From Verrucomicrobiales bacterium (GTDB lineage Bacteria; Verrucomicrobiota; Verrucomicrobiia; Verrucomicrobiales; SLCJ01): a stretch of 25,146 nucleotides of DNA. The stretch lies in NCBI GenBank assembly GCA_046075565.1, contig JBJTQJ010000118.1, forward strand, positions 1 through 25,146. Reading direction: 5' to 3'. The position numbers were made by a program, and so were the translations under genes. The notes beneath the pieces were generated by a model. It was not told the DNA's origin. It saw nothing but the letters and a program-made list of their open reading frames with translations, and searched no databases. Of the stretch, positions 18,313-25,146 are shown in pieces. Positions within the stretch are counted from its first letter, which is position 1. Each line of letters opens with the position of its first letter.

Positions 18313-19239
18313 ATGGAGTCAATCATGGAATCAATGCGTTTGCTGGCGGATCCCACCCGCCTGCGGATTTGGTCGGTTTTGCGACGGGGGGCCTTGTCGG
18401 TGGCCGAGCTGCAGGAGGTTTTGGGCTTGGGGCAGAGCCGGATTTCCAGCCAATTGGCCCTCTTGAAGCGGGCGGGACTGGTCGAGGACCGGAAGGAAGG
18501 CAAACACAGTTACTATGCCCTACGGGAGATTGAATCCCTTCCCCTGCTCGAGGCGCTGGCCGAGCGCGCGGCCACAGAGGTCCCTGAAATCCGCCGCGAC
18601 GCGGGGGCGACCGACCATGTCTTGAGAAAACGCCGGGACAAAATGCGGGCCTATTTCGACTCCCTGGCCGGGAAATTCGGGCGCGGGTATGTCCCTGGTC
18701 GCTCATGGAAGAGCCTCGCCGAGGCCATGTTGAAATTGCTACCGCCCATGGTTATCGCCGATCTCGGGGCGGGTGAAGGCACCCTCAGCCAGCTTTTGGC
18801 GCAGAAAGCGAAGCGGGTCTTCGCGGTGGACAACTCGGAAAAAATGGTGGAATACGGGCGCAAACTCGCGGCCGAGCATGACCTGAAAAATCTCGAATAC
18901 CGGCTGGGTGACATCGAGAAAGTCCCGCTGGCCGACGGTGAAGTTGACATGGCGGTGCTCAGCCAAGCCTTGCACCATGCCGCCGAACCCCTGAAAGCCC
19001 TCAAAGAGGCTCACCGCATCCTCCGGCCCGGCGGGCGTGTCGTCATCCTCGATCTCCGGCAGCACCGCTTTACCCAAGCACGCACCCTCTACGCCGATGT
19101 CTGGCTTGGTTTCGCGGAGGTGGACCTTGTTTCCATGCTCGGAAAAGCGGGATTTCGCGACATCGAATGCGGATCAGTCGATCGAGAGCCGCGGAAACCC
19201 GGCTTCGAAACCTTGCTCGCCATTGCCGTAAAGCAATAA
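18313..19239 (+). CDS. ArsR-family HTH fused to SAM-dependent methyltransferase domain (SahR/SamR-like regulator)
   Basis: LADPTRLRI...LSVAEL..VLGLGQSRISSQLALLKRAGLV (ArsR HTH); IADLGAGEG, AVDNSEKM, GDIE..PL, LHHA..P..AL.EA.RILRPGG (class I MTase). Divergent from metK-ahcY. Confidence 0.9.
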   Translation: MESIMESMRLLADPTRLRIWSVLRRGALSVAELQEVLGLGQSRISSQLALLKRAGLVEDRKEGKHSYYALREIESLPLLEALAERAATEVPEIRRDAGATDHVLRKRRDKMRAYFDSLAGKFGRGYVPGRSWKSLAEAMLKLLPPMVIADLGAGEGTLSQLLAQKAKRVFAVDNSEKMVEYGRKLAAEHDLKNLEYRLGDIEKVPLADGEVDMAVLSQALHHAAEPLKALKEAHRILRPGGRVVILDLRQHRFTQARTLYADVWLGFAEVDLVSMLGKAGFRDIECGSVDREPRKPGFETLLAIAVKQ

Positions 19240-19347
19240 ATCCAGCTTTGGATTGAGGATTCAACAGGCAAGCAACCCCGCAGACCTTGGGAGTTCCCAT
19301 TCTCACTCCCATCGCGTCTCAACCGGGCCCACTCCCCTTCCCTCTCA

Positions 19348-21096
19348 TCACACATTCTTCGCCTTGCGGGAGGATTTCTTCCAACGGCGGCGCAAGGCTA
19401 CGGGCGCGAGTTCCGGTTTGAACTCGCGAAGGAATGCTTCCTCGCTTTCGAGGGTGCCGACGAGCCAGAGGGTGCCGTCGGCAGGAAGGGTTTGATCCGG
19501 GCCGGGGTTGAGCACGCGCTCGGACGAGCTTTCGACAGCGATGATGGTGCATCCGGTGGCCGACCGGACGGCGCAGTCTGCGATGCGGCGACCGGCCATT
19601 GATGGAGGCACGGTGGACGGGAAAAGAGTGACACCTTCGGCTAACAAAAGATGGTTGGTGGCGCGGAGCAAATTCAGAATCAAATTCGCGCCCATGGAAG
19701 CGGAGGAAAGCACGAGGTCGGCGCCTGCGCGCTGGAGGGTGCCGGTGTTGCGGTCGTTGCTGCAACGGGCGATGATTTGGAAGCCATCCCGGAGACGGTG
19801 AAAAAGAATGGTCAGAGCGATATTGGCATCATCGTCGTGACTGGTCAGAATGATCGTCGATGCTTCGCGGGCGCGGGCTGCGCGAAGAACCTCGACGTTC
19901 TGGATATCGCCATGGATGGTTCCGGGAACAGCGGCGGCCCGCTCGCGATCCTTCTCCACGAGAATCGGTTCGTGACCAGCTTCACGGAGAATGGCGGCGG
20001 TGCCGCGCCCGACACGACCGGCGCCGACGATGATGACATGGCACCCCTTGCCTGGACCACCGTAGGCGGCATTGTAGGCATCTACTTGGGCGCGCGTGCC
20101 AGCACCCACGAGAACGAATTTCCGGTTCAAAATGGTGTCCGGACCCGCCGTCATCAGGCGACCGTGATCCCAATAGCCGATAATCGTGAAGCCGCTTTCG
20201 GCGCGGATGCCGCTTTGGGCGAGGGTTTTGCCCTCGAAGGGAGTGCCGGCCACGACGGCCTCGGCGATCACCAGATCATTCATTTCCCCGATCACATGGG
20301 CATTGCGGTCGTGACCGAGCACGCGCCTGGCCAGCGCACGGGCCATGGTTTCGTGAAGGAGAATGACCTCGCTGGCTCCGGCGAGTTCGAGAAGATCGCG
20401 GGAGTTCGAGGCGGCCGCCATGGCCACGATGGTAACTTTGGAGGACAACTCACGGGCCGTGAAAATAATATTCGCGTTCGGGATGTCGCCACGGTTGGCC
20501 ACGAGCATGGCCGCACGTTCGAGACGCATGCGCTTCCAAGTCTCCGGATCGTCCGCATCCCCCAGCGCGACTTTGAAGCCTTTGTCATGCAGTTCGAGCG
20601 CCTCGGCCGCGCCGGGCATGAGGATGGCATATGGATGCTCATAGCGCTCCAGGAGGGGTATAAGCGAGACGGTCACCGGATCGTGGGCGGTTAGCAGCAC
20701 GTGGCGTTTTGTTCCCTCGGGCAGTTCCCGCGGCGCACGGGCGCGGGCTTGGGCCTCCATCCACGGCGCGTAGAAGAACTGGATGAAGGCGAAAGGCAGG
20801 ATCACCAGCATGAAAAACAAACCGCTCACCAGCACGATGATGGAAAACAGCCGCCCGGCATCGGTGGTGAACGTGATGTCCCCGAATCCGAGGGTCGTCA
20901 TCACGGTGAGAGTCCAATAGACTCCGGTCAGCCAACTGTGTTTCTGCCCCTCCCACTCCATCAGCACGTGGAAGAGCACGCTGTAAACGGCAACCATCGA
21001 GACGAGGACGACCAGCAACCGGAAAAGCGCCCGGAGATTCGTGCGAGAGGGGCCGGTATCAAGGTAGGAACTGAGAACGGAAACGAGTGCCTTCAT
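19348..21096 (-). CDS. Potassium channel protein, 2-TM pore plus two TrkA_N/TrkA_C (RCK) modules
   Basis: Pore signature YWTLTVMTTLGFGD; ALGDADD..T; second RCK IIVGAGRVG; TrkA_C segments TIIGYW and TIIAVE...NPGPD. Confidence 0.9.
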   Translation of the reverse strand: MKALVSVLSSYLDTGPSRTNLRALFRLLVVLVSMVAVYSVLFHVLMEWEGQKHSWLTGVYWTLTVMTTLGFGDITFTTDAGRLFSIIVLVSGLFFMLVILPFAFIQFFYAPWMEAQARARAPRELPEGTKRHVLLTAHDPVTVSLIPLLERYEHPYAILMPGAAEALELHDKGFKVALGDADDPETWKRMRLERAAMLVANRGDIPNANIIFTARELSSKVTIVAMAAASNSRDLLELAGASEVILLHETMARALARRVLGHDRNAHVIGEMNDLVIAEAVVAGTPFEGKTLAQSGIRAESGFTIIGYWDHGRLMTAGPDTILNRKFVLVGAGTRAQVDAYNAAYGGPGKGCHVIIVGAGRVGRGTAAILREAGHEPILVEKDRERAAAVPGTIHGDIQNVEVLRAARAREASTIILTSHDDDANIALTILFHRLRDGFQIIARCSNDRNTGTLQRAGADLVLSSASMGANLILNLLRATNHLLLAEGVTLFPSTVPPSMAGRRIADCAVRSATGCTIIAVESSSERVLNPGPDQTLPADGTLWLVGTLESEEAFLREFKPELAPVALRRRWKKSSRKAKNV

Positions 21097-21236
21097 GAAA
21101 AGGGGGAAAACGCGAATACCATACGAAGCAAACTCCGGAATGCCATCGCGGACAAGCCATGAGTGGCGGGATTCCGGGGCAGGGTCAAGGAGGCCAGAAC
21201 TCCAATTTTGCTTGGCAACCGGTGGCTGCCGGACCA

Positions 21237-21275
21237 GAAAAAAAATGGCCGCCTCCCTCTGGGGGAGACGGCCAT
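21237..21275 (-). terminator. Intrinsic terminator after rpsU
   Basis: Minus strand ATGGCCGTCTCCC-loop-GGGAGGCGGCCAT followed by a T tract. Confidence 0.85.
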
Positions 21276-21304
21276 GAAAAAATTCTCCGTTTTCCGGGCG
21301 GAAA

Positions 21305-21562
21305 TCAGGAATCGTACTCTTCGGCCACCGGCTGTTCGGTAGCGGCTGCCCCGCGGGCTTTGCCTTCCTCGTTGATGAAACGGAACTTCACGCGACCACG
21401 TTTGGCGGCGGCGCGGGCCTTGCGGCGGCGTTTTTCCGTCGGGGTCTCGTGGGAACGAAGGCGGCGGATTTCGTCCATGATTCCTTCGGAATCAAGTTTG
21501 GTTTTGAGACGCTTGAGGGCGCGGTCGATAGGTTCGCCTTTTTTGACAACAACTTCTGGCAT
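21305..21562 (-). CDS. rpsU: 30S ribosomal protein S21 (with acidic C-terminal extension)
   Basis: MPEVVVKKGEPIDRALKRLK...EGIMDEIRRLRSHETPTEKRRRKARAAAKR. Confidence 0.93.
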   Translation of the reverse strand: MPEVVVKKGEPIDRALKRLKTKLDSEGIMDEIRRLRSHETPTEKRRRKARAAAKRGRVKFRFINEEGKARGAAATEQPVAEEYDS

Positions 21563-21593
21563 GCTGGTTAGTGGGTAGGTTGCGGGGAGGAGG

Positions 21594-21621
21594 AATATAC
21601 GGGTTGGAAGAAATTCGTCAA
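21594..21621 (-). promoter_or_regulatory. Putative sigma70 promoter of rpsU
   Basis: Minus strand TTGACG-N16-TATATT about 30 nt upstream of the ATG. Confidence 0.5.
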
Positions 21622-21629
21622 ACGGAGAA

Positions 21630-24047
21630 TCAGACGCCCTCGGGGGTAGCCCGGGCCTCGGCTTCGGCCACCTCCTGGTGGAGGGACTTGCCGGTCAGGC
21701 GGGTCCACCAGACCACGAAGGCGGAAGCCACGTAAATGGACGAATACGTTCCGAAGATGATACCGATGATCAGGCTGAGGGAGAAGTCGCGCAAGGACGG
21801 CCCACCCCAGATGGTCATGAAAGTCAAGATGAAGAGAGTGGTGAGCGAGGTAAGCAGGGTCCGGCTCAAGGTGGCGTTGATGGCCTCGTTCATGATTTCC
21901 GTGATGGGAGCGCCTTCCCTCATGCGGATGGTTTCCCGGATCCGGTCGAAAATAACGATGGTGTCGTTGACCGAATACCCGGCGATGGTGAGAAGCGCTC
22001 CGACCATGACGGCATCGATTTCCCGACCGATGGCGATCATCACACCCACGGTTACCACGAGGTCATGAACCATCGCCACGATGGTGCCGATGGCGAACGG
22101 GAATTCGAAGCGCAGGGTCAAATAGATAAGGATGGCCAGGACGCCGAGGGCCAGCGCCCATCCGGACGATAGGAAGAGCTCCTTGCCCATCGTCGGCCCA
22201 ACCGAGTCGATACTCTCCTTGGCAATGTAGATTCCTTGAGCATCTTTGGCCTGGAACTGCGGCACATTTTCACGCAGATACTTCAGAACTTCCGGACCTT
22301 TTTTGTTCTCGACCTTGATGCTCAAGAGCGCTTCCGATGTTCCGGGAGTCGCCATCTCCTGGACCGACGCGGCTTTGGACATGGGCACGTTTTTGATGTG
22401 TCCCTCCACTTCCGCCACGCTGATCATGGTCTCAGGAGTCAAGCGGATGGTCAGCAAGTCCCCACCCTTGAAGCTAACTCCCAAGGCATCATTCCCCTTG
22501 AAGGCCATGATGCCGAAACAGATGATGGTGAAAACGATCGTGAACATCCCGCAAGCACGCACGCGCTTCATGAAGTTGATGTTCATGTTCCGCAGCGGTT
22601 TGCCGATGGAAATGGCCTTCAGCCAACCGGTATCGATCATCCAACGGAAGCAGGTGCGAGTCACCAGCAGGGCAGCGAACATAGTACCGATGATCCCGCA
22701 GACCAGGCTGACGGCAAACCCGCGGATGGCGTCGGTGGCGAGGTAGAACAACACCGCACCCGAAAGCAGGGTCGTGATATTCGCGTCAAAAATGGCAGAG
22801 AAGGCCTTGTCGTAGGCGGCGGTAATGGCATTTCCGGCGGACTTCCCGGCGGCGAGTTCCTCCTTGAGCCGCTCGTAGATGAGCACGTTGGAGTCCACGG
22901 CCATACCGATGGTGAGTAAGACACCCGCGATACCCGGGAGGGTGAAGGTGAAACTGAACATGGCCATGACGCCGAAAAGAACAATCATGTTCACCATGAG
23001 GCCGATGAAGGCGACCAGACCGGCGAGGCGGTAGTAGAAAAGAAGGAACACGATGGTGATGGCCATGCCCACCACGCCGGAAAGGATCCCCTGTTTGACG
23101 GCGTCAGCACCAAGGGTGGCGGAAACGCTGCGTTCATCTTCGATGCTCAGCGGCGCCGCCAGCGGGTTCATGAGGGCCGAAGAGAGTTCCATCGAAGCGC
23201 GGGATCCACCCATGCCGCTGATCTGGGCGGTGCCCGCGAGAATGGGCTCGTTGATGCGCGGTGCGGACACCACCTCCCCGTCGAGAACCACCGCGAGGCG
23301 TTCGCCGACGTGCTGGCGGGTCAACTCGCCGAAGGCGCTTCTTCCATCGGCGTTGAAAACCAAGCTGACAATCCATCCTTGGGTCGGATCATCCATCGGG
23401 CTGGCCGAGTTGACAAACGTGCCCGCGAGGTCGGGGCGGACGGTGATGAGCACGTCTTCCTCGCCGATTTTGTTGCCTAGTTTGTCCTTGTTGGCGATGG
23501 TCTTGAGTTCATAGCCGGGCTCGAAACCACCGGCCTTGACTCCCGCCACGAGGGCGTCGGAATTCGGATGGACGAGGTGGAAATTGAGTTGGGCGGCCTT
23601 TTCCAACTGCTGCCGGATGGATTCCCGGTCGCCTTCCTTCACGCCGGGCATTTGCAGCAGGATCTTGTCGTCGCCTTGGGGGCCCATCTGGATGTCCTTC
23701 GAGCCCAAGCTGTCGAGACGCTTGCGGATGGTCGCAATGGCTTGCTGGATGAGGGCCGGACCGGCGGACTTGTCCGGGGGAAGCTGCACCTTGAGCACGA
23801 AGGAACTCCCACCGGCGATGTCGATACCGGGCTGGAGGTTGTGCGCTTCGGCGAGAGGGATTTTGCCGGTGATCAGCCCGGGGATATTCTTGGGCGGGAA
23901 AATGCCAAGAAGGCAAAAGATGGTCACACCGATGGAAAGAAAGGTGCCCACCCAGCGTCTGGTGCGGTCTCCATCGGTGGCAAAATACCAGAAAAGAAGA
24001 ACGGCGAGGGAGAGGGAAAAGAAGAGAATGGCGAGGGCGGGATGCAT
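21630..24047 (-). CDS. secDF: Fused protein translocase subunit SecDF
   Basis: GIDIAGGS, RLAVVLDGEVVSAPRI, TLPGIAG..LTIGMAVDSNVLIYER, IFDANITT (SecD); FKGG, VGPTMG, HD, GYSVNDTIVIFDRIRE, TLSRT..TS.TT, GTYSSIYVA (SecF). Start ATG 24047. Confidence 0.96.
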   Translation of the reverse strand: MHPALAILFFSLSLAVLLFWYFATDGDRTRRWVGTFLSIGVTIFCLLGIFPPKNIPGLITGKIPLAEAHNLQPGIDIAGGSSFVLKVQLPPDKSAGPALIQQAIATIRKRLDSLGSKDIQMGPQGDDKILLQMPGVKEGDRESIRQQLEKAAQLNFHLVHPNSDALVAGVKAGGFEPGYELKTIANKDKLGNKIGEEDVLITVRPDLAGTFVNSASPMDDPTQGWIVSLVFNADGRSAFGELTRQHVGERLAVVLDGEVVSAPRINEPILAGTAQISGMGGSRASMELSSALMNPLAAPLSIEDERSVSATLGADAVKQGILSGVVGMAITIVFLLFYYRLAGLVAFIGLMVNMIVLFGVMAMFSFTFTLPGIAGVLLTIGMAVDSNVLIYERLKEELAAGKSAGNAITAAYDKAFSAIFDANITTLLSGAVLFYLATDAIRGFAVSLVCGIIGTMFAALLVTRTCFRWMIDTGWLKAISIGKPLRNMNINFMKRVRACGMFTIVFTIICFGIMAFKGNDALGVSFKGGDLLTIRLTPETMISVAEVEGHIKNVPMSKAASVQEMATPGTSEALLSIKVENKKGPEVLKYLRENVPQFQAKDAQGIYIAKESIDSVGPTMGKELFLSSGWALALGVLAILIYLTLRFEFPFAIGTIVAMVHDLVVTVGVMIAIGREIDAVMVGALLTIAGYSVNDTIVIFDRIRETIRMREGAPITEIMNEAINATLSRTLLTSLTTLFILTFMTIWGGPSLRDFSLSLIIGIIFGTYSSIYVASAFVVWWTRLTGKSLHQEVAEAEARATPEGV

Positions 24048-24172
24048 GTTGGGATCAGAGAAGCAGGCAAATCTAGCGAAAACCTCGGCCCGCGCAAGCG
24101 CGAGGAATCCCGGAATCCGTTTGCTTCCCCCCCCCTTTATTCCGATGGTATGGTCCGACAAACCGGATTCCC

Positions 24173-24643
24173 ATGCCCAGCCCGCTCGAAATCGACTCCA
24201 AAGACTACCGGACCCTGCTCGAGATGATCAATCTCGCCAGCTATGTATCGCAATACCATGCCCGCGGCGGGCGCGAGGACTGGCTGGAGGCTTTTGACAC
24301 CCTCTCCGACAAAATCCTCGCGCGGGCGGAGGAATTCGGCTGCGGGGATCTGGTCGAGCAAGACACGGAAAGCGACCACCTGGTGCCGGTCCTTGATTAC
24401 GAGGAGGAAGCCTTCTACAAGGAATGTGTGGACGACATGCTCGACCGCTGTTTTTGGGAGGATTTGGTCGGCCGCCTGACCGACCGGGATATGGCCCGCA
24501 GCATGGAAAAAGCCAAATGGGAATCTCTCTCCGAGCCGGAAAAAGCCAAACGCCGGGAAGGACCGGACGGCCGGTGGTGGAAAGAATTCGAGACCAACGG
24601 CATCGAAAACCTCGAATGCATCCGCCGCGAACCGCACGGTTGA
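24173..24643 (+). CDS. Acidic hypothetical protein, 156 aa
   Basis: ATG start, host-like GC3 codon usage, non-random helical composition (FWEDLVGRLTDRDM, EFETNGIENL); divergent from secDF. Confidence 0.75.
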   Translation: MPSPLEIDSKDYRTLLEMINLASYVSQYHARGGREDWLEAFDTLSDKILARAEEFGCGDLVEQDTESDHLVPVLDYEEEAFYKECVDDMLDRCFWEDLVGRLTDRDMARSMEKAKWESLSEPEKAKRREGPDGRWWKEFETNGIENLECIRREPHG

Positions 24644-24669
24644 GAGGAAATCCGAGAAAACCTCCCCCT

Positions 24670-24829
24670 CCGGGATCGCCGACAGCCTCGCTGGGACCGC
24701 CGACGTCCCCGTCGGCATTTCTCTATCTCCCTCGCCGGGACCTCCGACAGCCTGCCCGCCGTAGCCTTCGGCGAAGGCTGGATCCTCGCTGGGACCGCCG
24801 ACGTCCTCGTCGGTATTTCTCCTACTCCC
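24670..24829. repeat. Tandemly duplicated REP-like unit with a second palindromic element inserted in copy 2
   Basis: GGGA(T/C)C(G/T)CCGACAGCCT...CGCTGGGACCGCCGACGTCC(C/T)CGTCGG(C/T)ATTTCTC occurs at about 24670-24731 and 24735-24829; copy 2 has 33 extra nt at 24754-24786. Confidence 0.8.
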
Positions 24830-25027
24830 ACCCATCTCCTTGCCCCTTATCCTTCTGCCATTCGTATGTGCATGTTCGCATCCACAGGCAACACTATCTT
24901 GCAAGCGCTAGGTCTTATCTGTCACAGTGCCAGGCATCTTTACAATTCCTACGGGCGCGCAAAGGAGGGCGGCCTCTTCTATTCATCATTCTTTCAGATA
25001 ATTTGCCGGGGCAGGTATGACTCTCCA

Positions 25028-25146
25028 TGAGATGCAACGGATTTCTGGACCGTTATTTGTTTAGTTTTGGGTGGGGATGCCGGCTTCGAATTGGGACGGG
25101 GTTTGGTAGTCGAGGGCGGAGTGTTTGCGGTGGATGTTGTAGTAGG
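25028..25146 (-). mobile_element. Right end of an IS3-family insertion sequence (continues beyond window)
   Basis: Transposase C-terminus followed about 30 nt later by a terminal repeat ending in CA-3' (plus strand TGAGATGCAACGGATTTCTGGACCG from 25028), matching the 5'-TG...TGGAC style of IS3 ends. Confidence 0.75.
25061..25146 (-). CDS. IS3-family transposase OrfB, C-terminal fragment
   Basis: Manual translation YYNIHRKHSALDYQTPSQFEAGIPTQN*, matching the IS3 integrase-core tail YN..R.HS.L.Y.TP..FE. Confidence 0.85.
   Translation of the reverse strand, partial: YYNIHRKHSALDYQTPSQFEAGIPTQN

Noticed and set aside
24127-24135. C9 homopolymer in the secDF divergent promoter region as a phase-variation switch
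   Set aside because: Short tract in a GC-rich genome, not clearly inside a correctly spaced promoter, and next to a housekeeping gene.
24670-24829. Possible CRISPR array (four GGGA.C.CCGAC repeats)
   Set aside because: Spacing is irregular, the intervening sequences are themselves duplicated, and no cas genes are present; better explained as REP-like units.
24137-24904. 255-aa minus-strand ORF and 198-aa plus-strand ORF (24424-25020) crossing the repeat cluster
   Set aside because: They read through REP-like repeats and overlap the better-supported 24173-24643 gene.

Overview
GC-rich bacterial chromosome segment, probably Verrucomicrobiota. That placement is inferred from the style of the MetK, OpcA, SecDF and ExbBD genes and from PVC-type intergenic repeats; it was not checked against a database. 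Gene order: partial signal-peptide/TPR-like gene, exbD, exbD, exbB (all minus strand); an SGNH-fold protein; a ketosynthase plus a Cys-less chain-length-factor-like partner, divergent from an adenylate-forming ligase; tsaD, yqeY, tal; opcA; a helical-repeat membrane-anchored protein; prc/tsp protease; a SAM-cycle locus (metK, four-helix-bundle gene, ahcY) divergent from an ArsR-methyltransferase (SahR-like) regulator with a palindromic operator; a double-RCK K+ channel; rpsU; secDF; an acidic hypothetical protein; and the right end of an IS3-family element at the window edge that the ORF track misses. The most striking unexplained structure is non-coding. The four-helix-bundle (Avd/23S-IVS-like) gene sits between metK and ahcY, bracketed tightly by inverted AGACAGA-type heptamer arrays that could pair in the mRNA and loop the ORF out. 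A 28/32-identical copy of its downstream arm lies 7.8 kb away between tal and yqeY with no gene. Other intergenic gaps hold a gene-less inverted decamer-repeat cassette and REP-like palindromes, one apparently inserted into a duplicated copy of another. Together these suggest a repeat-guided, transposase-less cassette system. All product calls are motif recognition by eye; no searches were run.
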